DNA of 64,000 nt from Terriglobia bacterium (GTDB lineage: Bacteria; Acidobacteriota; Terriglobia; 2-12-FULL-54-10), in NCBI GenBank assembly GCA_963666975.2, contig CAXVYR010000004.1, forward strand, positions 768,001-832,000. Reading direction: 5' to 3'. Shown here piece after piece: positions 19,732-30,839 of this stretch. The notes below the pieces were generated by a model, which did not search any database, was not told the origin of the DNA, and worked only from the letters and a program-made list of their open reading frames with translations. The number at the start of each line of letters is the position of its first letter. Position 1 is the stretch's first letter. Position numbers and translations under genes: made by a program.

Positions 19732-20056
19732 TTGGGATAACTGCCTTGCTCAGTAGCAAGCAAACGGACACTTGCGTCACTGAACGAGGCCGGTTCCAGC
19801 TCTGTTAATAAAAATCCGCACTAAAAAGTAAAGAAAGGTTTTCGGGCATAAAAGCCCTCAGCCAAACTGATTATCTTAAAAAGAAAAATAGCTCTTAGTG
19901 ATTTACCGACGACTGTTCGTGCCATAAGTGGCTCCAGTGCCTAATGAGCCGGACCATAACACTGGCATTCCCCCTTGTCAAGTTCTTATTTACAACCTGT
20001 CGTTAGCACATGATATGTCCGGTGGAAATAGCAAGTGAAGTGTCCGCTTGGAAGGC

Positions 20057-20950
20057 GGTCTGGGGAAGGAAGTCGCCTTTCGGGCCGACGCGGCCTTTGG
20101 CAAGCCGGAGATATACGAGGCTCTGGAGGAGCGGGGCGTCAAATACGCTATCCGGATACCGGCCAACGAAAACCTGCAACGGGACATCGAGGAGTTGCTG
20201 AAACGTCCGGTGGGAAGGCCCGGCAAGAAACCGTTGGTGGAGTACAAGGGCTTTCTGTACCAAGCCGAGAGTTGGAAGACGGCTCTACGGGTGGTGGCGA
20301 AGGTGGAACATCATGTCGGGGAGCTGTCCTCGCGCGTCGGGTTCATTGTGACGAACCTGACGTTGCCGAGTCCAGCGGTGGTGCGGTTCTATAATAAGCG
20401 CGGCACAACAGAGCAGTGGATCAAGGAAGGCAAGCAGGCGGTGAAGATGACGCGGCTCAGTTGCCACCGCTTCCGGTCGAACGAGGTGAGGCGCTGGCTG
20501 ACCATCATTGACTTATAATCTGGGCAACCTGTGGCGGTGGCTGGTGCTGCCACAGAGGATCAGCAACTGGTCATTGACGAGCCTACAGCAGCGGCTGGTG
20601 AAAACCCGCGGGCGGCTGGTCAAGTATGCCCGCTCTTATTGGTTGTGGTTAGCGGAGAGTCATCTGACTCGGCGGCTGTTTGCCAGCAGGCTGGGGCGGA
20701 TAGATGGGCTGCCGCTTCCGTCGGGAAAGCCCAGGTTGTGGCAACCCAAGAAAACAATTCCTCTATCCCCCAGGAATGGAGAGCTGTCTGAAAAAGCTGG
20801 TTCTGGAAACCGAGGCGATGGGTTTTGGGGACTCGGAAAGAGCGGCTGGAAGCCGCTGGCAGTATCTCGGAGAAAATATTTGTCTGGAAGGGCTCAGTTG
20901 AAGGCCAACGGATGTATACTCACGAGTCGGATGGGCCAAAAAACTAATTC
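20057..20950 (+). pseudogene. IS1380-family transposase, C-terminal half (frameshifted)
   Basis: FRADAAF, FYNKRGTTEQWIKEGK, LSCHRFRSNEVR, then YNLGNLWR..WSLTSLQQRLVK in another frame. Confidence 0.85.
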
Positions 20951-21638
20951 CGGTTGAACAGAAGCACCGGATGATAACAGGTGGACTCGAAGTGCCCGTT
21001 GTAGGCGCTATGCTCCTGCTCCCCATAGACCGGGATCTCGGTTGAGTCCATGTCGAGCACTACCCGGTGCGGCGAATCGATCGCTTCTGCCCTGCCGATC
21101 AGTTCCCGGTTCAGCCGTGCCAGCCCCGCGAAGTTTTCCTCCTCAGCCAGCAACTCCGTCTCGAAGGTTTGCAACCGGGATGGTAGTGCTGCCCCTCGAT
21201 CCCAATTCTTCTCTGAACCGATCAGCCGGAACGTCGGATCTCGTGAGAGCTGCTCGGCATCGTTCACATCCTCATACCCAGCCAAGCGACTGTACACCGA
21301 CTGCCGTAGAAGGTCCGCGAGGGGCAATCATGTGTTCTTCCCCCTAGGATCAGCTAGGTGCTGCTTGATGAGTTCACCGAATCCCAAGCGTTCGTCCAAC
21401 TCCCGGACCAGAATCAACCCTCCGTTGGAGGTGACCCTCGATCCGTGGAAAGCGACCCTCGATCCGTGGAAAGCGACCTTCAACGAGGCATTAAAAGTGA
21501 GTTGAAATGGCTGATTTTGTCTCTCACCCATTGGGTGTAAACCTCCGGAAGGCAATGTTGATGCTCGAACCCGCATCAATATTGATGTTGGATGTTAGTC
21601 GAGGGTTGCTTCTACGATTTCAAACTGGAAATGCGGGG
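20950..21638 (-). pseudogene. IS1380-family transposase, N-terminal half and left end, inverted relative to the C-terminal half
   Basis: VTSNGGLILVRELDERLG, RLAGYEDVNDA, VLDMDST, YNGHFESTCYHP. Probable IS end CCCGCATTTCCAG at ~21637 (minus). 21-bp tandem duplication at 21433-21474. Confidence 0.8.
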
Positions 21639-22026
21639 TTAACTCTCATCCCGGCGGGCCGGTATCCGGGAGGCTACAGAACATATGGACCGAGATGGAG
21701 TGCAATGTTAAGTGTGTTGTCAAGCTCGGAAATTGAACGATTATGGTAAAATGACGCTCCTTTACCGGACGGAATAACCCGGCTGGAGGTTGCATAGACG
21801 CCGATGCAGAAAAGCGTACCCCGGTTCTTGAGAGAAAAAAACCTGTGGCAAATGAAGGCGGACAATCTGGAAGCGGGCGGTTGCTGCGGACACGACGCCG
21901 GCTGCGGGTGGCGTTCCGGGTTATTGCCGCCGCTTCTTTTTTGGAGGAACTGAGTCTTGTGGGCTGCTATGCAGAACATGGCAGTCTCCCGCCGGTCTGC
22001 TTGGCTATATGGAGATTGAACCACCG

Positions 22027-22341
22027 ATGACCCGACTCGCACTGAACTGGCGCCCCGCAGCCGCCTGGCTGTTCATCCTGGCGCTCTTCGTGCTCCACCA
22101 CGATTTCTGGCAGTGGGACCGCATTGAGCCGCTGCTGTGGGGCTGGGCGCCGGTGGTGTTGTGGTATCACGTTGCCTACACCGTTCTTTGTACTCTAGCC
22201 ATGTTCCTGCTGAGCCGCTGGGCTTGGCCGGACCCTCCGCCCGAGATCGATGCAGCCGGCGAAGAGGTTCCCGTCCGTGGCACAGCTTCCCCCGTGACCC
22301 CGGTTGAGCAAACGCATTCGGAAAGAAGCCGGCGGTCATGA
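22027..22341 (+). CDS. Small membrane protein (DUF3311-like), partner of the solute symporter
   Basis: LHHDFWQWD...LWGWAPVVLWYHVAY with two hydrophobic helices; its stop overlaps the symporter ATG. Confidence 0.75.
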   Translation: MTRLALNWRPAAAWLFILALFVLHHDFWQWDRIEPLLWGWAPVVLWYHVAYTVLCTLAMFLLSRWAWPDPPPEIDAAGEEVPVRGTASPVTPVEQTHSERSRRS

Positions 22342-23846
22342 CGGACGGCATGATAGTCCTGTTGGGCGTCCTCATCTACTTTGCCATTCTGATCGGCATC
22401 GGCGCCTCCAGCTACCGCATTTCGTACCGGACGCCGGAGGATTTCTTTATCGCCCGACGCGGCATCGGCACCTTTGCCCTGTTCATCGGAGTGTACGCCA
22501 CGAATATGACGGCGTTCTTCATGATGGGCATTCCCGGGGCCGCTTATCACAATGGGATTGGTGTATACGGCTGGGTGACGGCGCCTGTAGCTCTGCTGAC
22601 GCCCCTTTGCTTTTACCTGATCGGCTATCCCTGCTGGATTCTCGGCAAGCGTTATGGCTACATGACGCAGCCGGAGCTGTTCGGTGCCCGCTGGAACAGC
22701 CGCGCCGTTTCGCTGGCCTTCTTTGCCCTGCTGACGTTCTACATGATTCCGTATCTGGTGCTCGGGGTGATCGGCGGGGGCGTGACCTTCGAGTCGATGA
22801 CCGACGGTCTCGTTCCTTACTGGGCGGGCGCTCTCCTGGTGCTCGCCGTCGTCTTCGCCTACGTCCTGCTGGGAGGGCTGCGGGGAACGGCATGGGCGAA
22901 CGTCTTCCAGGGGGTGCTGTTTCTGATCTTCTTGGTTATCGCGTTCTTCTGGATCGCGGGGGAGATGGGGGGGCTCAGTTCCCTCACGCAACAGTTAGCC
23001 GCTGAAAAACCGCATCTACTGGCGCGAGACGAAATTGCGCGCTTCGATCCCAAGCTGTGGTTCAGCTTCATGCTGGTTGCTCCCCTGGCGTCGGTGATGT
23101 TCCCTCATGTATTTATCCGGCTGCTCGCCTCGCGGGATCACCGGTCGATCCGCGCCGCCAGCGCGCTCTATCCGCTGGCGCTCATTATTGGCTGGGTTCC
23201 GGTCGTCATGATCGGCGCCTGGGGCGCGCTGGCGTTTCCCGGGCTTGAGGGGCAGGCCTCCGACGCCATCATGCCGATGATGATCGTCCGCTATCTTCCG
23301 GACGTGCTGATTGTGCTGGGGGTGGCCGCCATCTTCGCGACCATCATGTCATCGCTCGACGCTCAGATCCTGGCGCTGAGCACGCTGTTTGCCCGCGATT
23401 TTCTGGGTGCATGGCGCCGGGGGGCGCAGATGGACGGCAACCGCCAAATTCTCTGGGGAAGATTGTTTGTTGTCCTGATCGCGGCCCTCACCTACGGGCT
23501 GGCGCTGCAGCAGCCGGCCAGCATCTTGCGCATCAGTGAGTACGCATTTACCGGATTCGTCCAATTGCTTCCGGTCGTCCTGGCTGCTCTGTACTGGCCG
23601 CGCGCCACCAAGCAGGGGGCTTTGGCGGCGATGGCCGGCGGAACCCTGGTGCTGTTCTTGCTGCCGGGCGGCCCCTTTCCCGTGCTCCCCCAGTCGTTGT
23701 TGTTTGGGTTTATGCCGGTTGTTCCCTGCCTCGTGGTGACCACCGCGTTGCTCGTGGTCGTCTCCCTGCTGACCAGGGCCCAGCCGCCTCCCTGGCCCTG
23801 GGACTTCCGGTTGATCCTCCGCGGCCGGCCTCTAACGGAACAGTAA
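22338..23846 (+). CDS. Sodium:solute symporter (SSS) family permease
   Basis: Many TM helices; EDFFIARR, ATNMTAF..G.PGAAY, AAIFATIMSSLDAQIL. Confidence 0.92.
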   Translation: MTDGMIVLLGVLIYFAILIGIGASSYRISYRTPEDFFIARRGIGTFALFIGVYATNMTAFFMMGIPGAAYHNGIGVYGWVTAPVALLTPLCFYLIGYPCWILGKRYGYMTQPELFGARWNSRAVSLAFFALLTFYMIPYLVLGVIGGGVTFESMTDGLVPYWAGALLVLAVVFAYVLLGGLRGTAWANVFQGVLFLIFLVIAFFWIAGEMGGLSSLTQQLAAEKPHLLARDEIARFDPKLWFSFMLVAPLASVMFPHVFIRLLASRDHRSIRAASALYPLALIIGWVPVVMIGAWGALAFPGLEGQASDAIMPMMIVRYLPDVLIVLGVAAIFATIMSSLDAQILALSTLFARDFLGAWRRGAQMDGNRQILWGRLFVVLIAALTYGLALQQPASILRISEYAFTGFVQLLPVVLAALYWPRATKQGALAAMAGGTLVLFLLPGGPFPVLPQSLLFGFMPVVPCLVVTTALLVVVSLLTRAQPPPWPWDFRLILRGRPLTEQ

Positions 23847-23874
23847 CTCAAAGCGGGCCGGAGCCTGCCGAAGG

Positions 23875-23990
23875 GCGCGCGGCTCGGATTCTGATTCCTG
23901 ACTCCTTCCCCCCACTATGTCATCCCGATCCCGTCTTGGCGGGAGAGGGATCTGCTTTTGCCCGCTTGCTTGCGCGCGCGGCTCGGATTG
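23875..23990. repeat. REP-like palindromic repeats
   Basis: GCGCGCGGCTCGGATT and GTCATCCCGA..GGGATCT units that recur at 24651-24720, 24825-24857 and 33960. Confidence 0.75.
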
Positions 23991-24240
23991 TGGCTTCGGA
24001 CTCCCTCGGCAGATTCGGTTTTCTCGGAACAATTGCCTTGCCTTGTTTCCTGGGAGCCGTCCATACTGGGCCGGGGGAGGAGCGCACAGCAAGAGAAATC
24101 CGCTGGAAAAAGTGGTTTTTTGCGAAACGAAGCCAACATGTTCCCGTAAATCAAGAAGTTACAAAATTGGGACGGCCCCATTCCATCGTGCATCCCTCGT
24201 ATGCCCTACCCTGACACGGGCTGAGCCCGGATTTCTCACC

Positions 24241-24437
24241 AGCCCCGGCAGGGGCGGAAGAAACTAGCCCCGGGCGTGAGCCCGGGGTACAGAGGCCAAT
24301 TGTTTTTAGCCCCGTAGGGGCGGCAGAAATGCCGCAGCGGGAGTTTTCTTTCGCCCCTGCCGGGGCTCGATCCCGTTTGGGAATCGCATACCCCGGGCTC
24401 ACGCCCGGGGCTATACTCTGTCGCCCGCTGCGGGGCT
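24241..24437. repeat. REP/REPIN-like inverted-repeat element (AGCCCC..GGGGCG / CGCCCC..GGGGCT family)
   Basis: AGCCCCGGGCGTGAGCCCGGGG pairs with CCCCGGGCTCACGCCCGGGGCT; same architecture at 58769..58960. Confidence 0.8.
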
Positions 24438-24523
24438 CGGAATCGCCCACAACGCCCAGACCACCAAGTTCTTCTGGACGATCCGTCAGGAGGGCTGGTG
24501 AGAAATTCGGGTTAGAACAGGTT

Positions 24524-27500
24524 ATGAAACAAGCTCTACTCCCTAGCAACCGCTCCATTACTGTCGCGGCTCGGATTGACCGCCCTGCGGGCGGTCATCC
24601 TGAGCAGAGCGAAGGATCTGCTTTTCATCCTGACTCCTTACCCCCACGATGTCATCCCGATCCCGCCTTGGCGGGAAAGGGATCTGCTTTTGCCCGCTTG
24701 CTTACGCGCGCGGCTCGGATTGACTGCCCTGCGGGCGGTCATCCTGAGCGGAGCGAAGGATCTGCTTTTCATTCTGACGCTCGCCCTCCGAAGCCTTGGC
24801 ATAGGAGGGGCTGGCTTCTGTCCTTTGCCCGCTTGCTTACGCGCGCGGCTCGGATTCTGACCCTGTCCCGCGCGCAGCGAGGGATCTGCTTTATTTCCCT
24901 CCTCCTCACTTTTCACTCGCCACTCGTCACTGTTGTTTCCGCCCAGGGCATCACTCCCCAAAGCATCATCACCACGGTGGCGGGTGGCTCGTGGCAATTT
25001 CGCGGCGACGGTGGACCGGCCATCGATGCGCCCCTGGGAACCATTCAGGGAGTCGCGGTGGACTCGGCCGGCAATGTGTATGTTGCCGATCCTGACAATT
25101 TCCTGATATTGAAGATTTCCCCCGATGGGATTCTTACCATTGTGGCGGGCAATGGATTGCTCGGCTTTTCCGGGGATGGTGGTCCAGCCACCAGCGCCTC
25201 GTTGCCTGTTCCCGTGGGAGTGGCGTTGGATGCAGCTGGCAGCCTCTACATAGCTACCTTGAGGCGAATTCATAAGGTCAGCGCAGACGGGATCATCACT
25301 ACTGTAGCGGGAAATGGGGAAGACGGCTTTTCCGGGGATGGCGGTCCAGCCACCAGCGCCACTTTTGACACCATTTCGGGAGTGGCAGTGGATACGTCGG
25401 GCAACCTCTACATCGCCGACTCTCACAATCAACGCATCCGCAAGGTCGGCCTAGATGGAATTATCACCACCGTGGCCGGGAGTGGCGATACAGGCTACTT
25501 CAACGGTGGCTTTTCCGGCGATAACGGACCAGCCACCAGTGCCTTGCTAAGTCAGCCCGCGGACGTAGCAGTAGATGCGGCTGGCAACCTCTACATCGCC
25601 GACGAGCAGAACGACCGCATCCGCAAGGTCGGCCTCGACGGCATTATCACAACTGTAGTGGGGGGGGCGTTTCCGGCGATGGCGTTCCGGCCACAAGTGC
25701 TGCTCTTGATAGACCCAGCGGGGTGGAGGTAGATACGGCCGGTAACCTCTACATTGCCCAAGTCATAAAAGGCCGTATCCGCAAGGTCAGTGCCGACGGG
25801 ATTATCACAACTGTCGCCGGGGGGGGGCGACTTTCCGGGCGATGGCGGTCCGGCCACCAGTGCCGCACTGAGGGCTCCACATGGGGTTGCGGTAGATATG
25901 GTCGGCAAACCTCTACATTGGTGACAGCCTAAACAGGCGCATTCTCAAGGTCACCTCAAATGGTACTATCAGCACGATAGCTGGTAACGGGTTGTTCAGA
26001 TTCTCTGGCGATGGAGGCCCTGCTACCAGCACCCCATTGAATTTCCCTACGAAGATAGCGATTGATGCGGACGGAAACCTCTACATCGCCGATTTGTTCA
26101 ACTTCCGCGTTCGCAAGGTCAGCCCCGACGGGATTATCACCACCATTGCCGGCAATGGAATGTTCTATTTTTCCTCACTGGATGGCGGGCAGGCCGTCGA
26201 CGCCTCCTTGACCAATCTCTTCGATGTGGCAGTGGACACGGACGGCAATCTTTACATTATCGATTCGAACCGCGTTCGTAAGGTCGGCCTCGACGGCATT
26301 ATCACAACTGTCGCCGGGGGTGGAAGCGTGCACGGCGATGGTGGACCGGCCACCAGTGCCTCGCTGAATGTGCCCTTTGGGATCGCAGTGAACACGGCCG
26401 GTAACCTCTACATCGCCGACACTTTTAACAACCGCATCCGCAAGGTCAGCCTCGACGGGATTATTACCACCGTGGTCGGCAACGGAATCCGGACAGGCGT
26501 GATAGACGGCGAAGGTGGTGATCCCGCGGACGATCTCGGCGATGGCGGTCCGGCCACCAGCGCTTCGCTGGCTATGCCAAATGGTGTCGCGGTGGATGCG
26601 GCTGGCAACCTCTACATCGCCGACTCTGACAATCAACGCATCCGCAAGATCGGCCTAGATGGAATCATCACCACCGTGGCCGGGAGCGGCGATACAGGCT
26701 TCTTCAACGGTGGCTTTTCCGGCGATAACGGACCAGCCACCAGTGTCTTGCTAAGTAATCCCGCGGACGTAGCAGTAGATGCGGCTGGCAACCTCTACAT
26801 CGCCGACACTTTTAACAACCGCATCCGCAAGGTCAGTGCCGACGGGATTATTACCACTGTCGCCGGCGGTGGAAGCGTGCGCGGCGATGGCGGTCCGGCC
26901 ACCAGCGCTTCGCTGACTATTCCAAATGGTGTCGCGGTGGATGCGGCTGGCAACCTCTACATCGCCGAAAGATTGAACGATCGCATCCGGAAAGTTCTCG
27001 CAACCCCGCCTTCCTACTCTGCCTTCCCGCGGGGTTTGAGTTTCTCTGCCGAGGCCAACACGCCGGTGGTTGCAGCACAGCGAATTACCGTCTCCAGTGA
27101 CGTCGCCGGCCTCATGTGGAGCACACAAACCACAACGGAGACCGGCGGCAACTGGCTGTCTGCTTCACCCGCTGTGGGGTCAGCGCCAGGGGTTATTTCC
27201 GTCATGGCGGATGTCTCAAACTTGCTGCCGGGAACCTACCTGGGGATGGTAACCGTACTAGCGCCTCTGGCCGTTCCTTCTACACAGACCGTCAGCGTCG
27301 CGTTGACTGTCGAGGCCGCTCCGGAACCGAAGCTTACCATCGAGCCTTCCGAGCTTACTTTCGAGATCACCGCCGGGACCGGCAACCCGCAGGCGCGGAC
27401 GCTGCGCATCGGCAATGCCGGTGGGGGGACGCTCAACTGGACGGCGCTGGCCGAAACGCAGTCCGGCGGCGACTGGCTGAACGTGTCGTCCTTTTCCGGT

Positions 27501-29423
27501 TCGGCCTCTACCGTTTCCCCGGCGACGGTCGAGGTTGCTGTGAACACCGCCAACCTGGAGCCGGGAGTTTACTCAGGCTCGGTGCTTATAGAGAGTTCAG
27601 CCCTCGGCCAGCAGGAGACCGTGGCGGTGACGCTGCTGCTCTCGCAGCCGACGCAGACCATACTGGTGAGCCAGAACGGGCTGCAATTCGTCGCCGTCGA
27701 AGGCGGCGCGGTAGAACCGTCCCAAACGTTCGGCATCCTGAACACCGGCGAGGGAGTGATGGACTGGTCGCTTCAGACCGAGACCTTCTCCGGCGGCAAC
27801 TGGCTCAGTGTCTCGCCTGTGAGCGGCGAAACCGACGCGGCATCGCGCAATGTCCCGTTGATAGAGGTGGGGGTCGGAGCGATTGGGCTGCCAGCCGGTG
27901 CCTACAGCGGCCTGATCCGCGTCAGCTCAGCGGGGGCGAACAACTCGCCGCAGTTTGTGACCGTCACCCTGAACGTGCTGCCGCCGGGCAGCGATCCGGG
28001 TGTGCTGGTGCGGCCCACGAACTTAATCTACACCGCAGTGGCCGGAACCTTTTCGCCCGGCTCGCAACTTGTTCGTCTGGCCAAGCTGACGCCCGGCAGC
28101 GTGGAGGCTCGCAGCGGAATAACTTATCTGGATGATGATGGCTGGCTGGAGTTACTGCCGCCCAACCTGGTAATTTCCGATGACGACCCACGGAAGATGG
28201 TACTTCAACCGACTTTGGGCACACTTCCGCCCGGCACCTACCGTGCTCAGTTAGCCTACCAGTTCAGCGACGGAAGCCCGTCGCAGCCGGTGGACATCCT
28301 TTTCCTGGTGATCCCCAACACGGCAGGGACTGCATTGGTGTCGCGGACGAAATATGGTGCAGCTATTAACGGGGAGGGATGCACTGCGCAGCGAATGATT
28401 GCAAGGGGCCGCAGCCTAGGGAACAGCTTTGCCTCCCCGGTAGCTTGGCCGACCACCATTGAGGTCCTGGTGCTGGACGACTGCGGCAGGCCGGTCACAG
28501 ACGCCATTCTGGTTGCTCGATTCTCAAACGGCGACTCGCCGGTAGCCTTGGTAAGTCTTCGTAACGGGCTGTACACAGGTACTTGGCGGCCAGTGAACCC
28601 CAACGAACAGGTCATCGTCACCGTGCGGGCCGACCTGCCTTCCCTCCCGTCGGTGGAAGTAGTCGCCAACGGGCGAGTCAACGCCAATGCGGAAGCTCCG
28701 ATCCTGTTCTCGCGTGGTGTCGTGAACGCTGCCACCTTTGCTTCCGGACAGGCTCTGGCCCCCGGCAGCATCGTTTCCGTGTTTGGAAACAACTTGGCGC
28801 AGGGACTGAACTTTGCTTCGCAACTGCCGCTGGAAACAACGTTGGGAGGAACCACGCTGATTGTGGGAGGCATTGAGCAACCGCTGTTTTTTTCGAGCGA
28901 CGGACAGGTCAACGCGCAGCTTCCTTTTGCTTTGGAACCCAACAGCCGCGTACAAATGGTGGTGAAGACACAAATAGGAAACAGCGGACTGGATGCGATC
29001 ACCGTTCCGGAAACCATCACCATAGCGGAGGCGCGGCCCGGCATCTTTACCACCAACCAGCAAGGCACCGGACAAGGAGCGATCCTGAATCAGGACTCCT
29101 CGCCCAACTCGCCGGAGAACCCGGAAGTGGTGGGCAATGTGATTCAAGTATTCTCCACTGGGCTTGGCAACACGGACCCTGGGGTGCCGTCGGGCCAGCT
29201 AGCACCGAGCCAGGAACCGCTGGCAAGGGTGATGGTTCCGGTGCAGGCGCAGATTGGAGGGAGTTCGGCGACGGTGCAGTTCGCCGGACTGGCGCCGGGA
29301 TTTGTGGGCCTCTACCAGGTAAACGTGCAGATTCCGGCAGGAGTGGAACCGGGGCCGGAAGTGCCGCTCGTATTGTTCCAGAACGGAGTTCCCTCCAACA
29401 CCGTCACACTGGCGATTCAGTGA
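24524..29423 (+). CDS. Large secreted NHL-repeat beta-propeller / BACON-like / Solibacter-type C-terminal (IPT-like) protein; three homopolymer frameshifts at ~25660-25910
   Basis: Repeated GDGGPATSA..P.GVAVDAAGNLYIAD..N.RIRKV..DGIITTVAG; GGNWLSVSP BACON-like units; VVNAATF..LAPGSIVSVFG...FAGLAPGFVGLYQVNVQIP..SNTVTLAIQ. ORFs 24329..25732, 25723..25932 and 25992..29423 join into one gene. Confidence 0.85.
24549..24890. repeat. Mosaic array of several REP families
   Basis: ACCGCTCCATTACTGTCGCGGCTCGG; 2x GTCATCCTGAGCRGAGCGAAGGATCT; 2x GCCCGCTTGCTTACGCGCGCGGCTCGGATT; CCTCCGAAGCCTTGGCATAGGAGG. Confidence 0.8.
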
Positions 29424-29496
29424 GCTTGGATTGCGGATTCAAGACTGCTGCCGGTTGCACTCCACCAGCAGGGCGGCTTCTCTTTTAGCTTTCTGG

Positions 29497-30237
29497 CTAC
29501 TGCTTGCCGGACTGGATTTTTGCGATGATCTGCGCGGCGCGTGCCTGGGCGACGTGAACGAGCGCGCGGTCCTTGCGAATTTTTTCGAGCAAGGGGATCA
29601 AATGCTCGGCTCCCAGCAAGCGGCCGTGATTGAGATTTGATTCCAGGTGAAGCAGCTCTTTCATGACACCCAGGCGGTCAAAGCGCACCAGGTATTCCAG
29701 CCGGAGGAAGTGCTGTTCGGTCTGGGAAATTCTCTCGAACAATGCCGACAGCGCCAGCGCTTCGGGAATCTCCGTATGGTTGAAGGCGGTCTCGTTGCTC
29801 TGCGCTCCGTTTTGGTAAGCCAGCGTTTTTTTGCCCATGCTGGCCACCTTGCGACCCGATTCCAGATTTCCGTCCTGAAACCAATTGAGTTTTTCCACCA
29901 GGGAAAAAATCTCTTCGGTCTGCTCCAGAGAAAACTGGAGTTCCAGGGGAGCGTCGTCGTCCGGGGCGGTCCGGTAGAGCGCTGCTCCGTTTTCCTGCAC
30001 AACCACGGAAAAGTATTCCGGCTTGCTGTTGGGAAACTCTTTGGTGAAGATCACGCGGGGAAGGGCATCGGATGCCGTCTGGGCGGCTTGCCCGGCGGCC
30101 GTCAGGGAAAGCAAAAAAAACGCCAGCAGGGAAACCTTGCGAATGGCAGCGCCGCCTCCGGCTACCGCCTTCCGAGTATGCAAGCGCCAAGTATGTAAAT
30201 AATAGTGGATATGCGATTCAGGAAGGCGTTGTCTCAT
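29497..30237 (-). CDS. Hypothetical exported protein
   Basis: Signal-like IRKVSLLAFFLLSLTAAGQA followed by a globular domain; co-oriented downstream of ruvC; start uncertain. Confidence 0.65.
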   Translation of the reverse strand: MRQRLPESHIHYYLHTWRLHTRKAVAGGGAAIRKVSLLAFFLLSLTAAGQAAQTASDALPRVIFTKEFPNSKPEYFSVVVQENGAALYRTAPDDDAPLELQFSLEQTEEIFSLVEKLNWFQDGNLESGRKVASMGKKTLAYQNGAQSNETAFNHTEIPEALALSALFERISQTEQHFLRLEYLVRFDRLGVMKELLHLESNLNHGRLLGAEHLIPLLEKIRKDRALVHVAQARAAQIIAKIQSGKQ

Positions 30238-30285
30238 GCTGCCCTGTTTTATGCTGCGCTGTCGCATGCCGCGAGGTCTCATACT
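30226..30285. repeat. Four degenerate 15-bp tandem repeats
   Basis: GCGTTGTCTCATGCT/GCCCTGTTTTATGCT/GCGCTGTCGCATGCC/GCGAGGTCTCATACT. Confidence 0.55.
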
Positions 30286-30839
30286 GCAGGCTGCGTGCGG
30301 GCTTGGGTGCCGGGGCGTGTGCGGGACTGGGCGCGCGAGAGCTTTTGCAGGGTGTGTGAATTGTGTGCGTGACACAAGGCCACCGCCAAAGCGTCGGCGG
30401 CGTCTTCCGGGGGAACCTGCTGAAGCCCGAGCAGCGTCTGGACCATCTGCTGGACTTGATGTTTTTCCGCGCGTCCGTAACCCACCACGCTGGATTTGAC
30501 TTCCAGCGGCGAGTACTCGTGCACCGACAACCCGGCTGCTGCGGCGGCGAGCAGCGCCACTCCCCTGACTTGTCCCAGCTTCAGGGCGCTGTTTGCATTG
30601 ATGGAGGCAAAAATCCCCTCCACGGCCACGACATCGGGCGAGCAGCTTTCGATGATTTGGCGCAGGCCGTCGGAAATCTGTTTCAGACGTTCCGGAAAAG
30701 GGAACCGGCTCCGGGTCAGGATCACGCCGGAGCGGACCACGCGCGAGCGGCGTCCGTCGGTGTCGATCACGCCGTAGCCGGTGGCGGTCGAGCCGCAATC
30801 GATGCCGAGAACGCGGGTCATTGTTGTTGTTATTGTCAT
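30279..30839 (-). CDS. ruvC: Holliday junction endodeoxyribonuclease RuvC
   Basis: VLGIDCGSTATGYGVI, AVEGIF, EYSPLEVKSSVVGYGRAEK, DAADALAVALCH. Confidence 0.96.
   Translation of the reverse strand: MTITTTMTRVLGIDCGSTATGYGVIDTDGRRSRVVRSGVILTRSRFPFPERLKQISDGLRQIIESCSPDVVAVEGIFASINANSALKLGQVRGVALLAAAAAGLSVHEYSPLEVKSSVVGYGRAEKHQVQQMVQTLLGLQQVPPEDAADALAVALCHAHNSHTLQKLSRAQSRTRPGTQARTQPAV

Noticed and set aside
24329-24523. Upstream extension of the NHL ORF, and other small ORFs at 23832-24860
   Set aside because: Translations of palindromic REP sequence, not real coding sequence.
23875-24890. Repeat cluster considered as a CRISPR array
   Set aside because: Several different palindromic families, irregular spacing, no constant repeat-spacer period and no cas genes; these are REPs.
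27116-28135. 339-aa Arg-rich plus-strand ORF
   Set aside because: Alternative frame inside the NHL/BACON gene.
30238-30798. N-terminal part of the 433-aa ORF 29497..30798
   Set aside because: Out-of-frame overlap with ruvC; only the distal part looks like a real protein.
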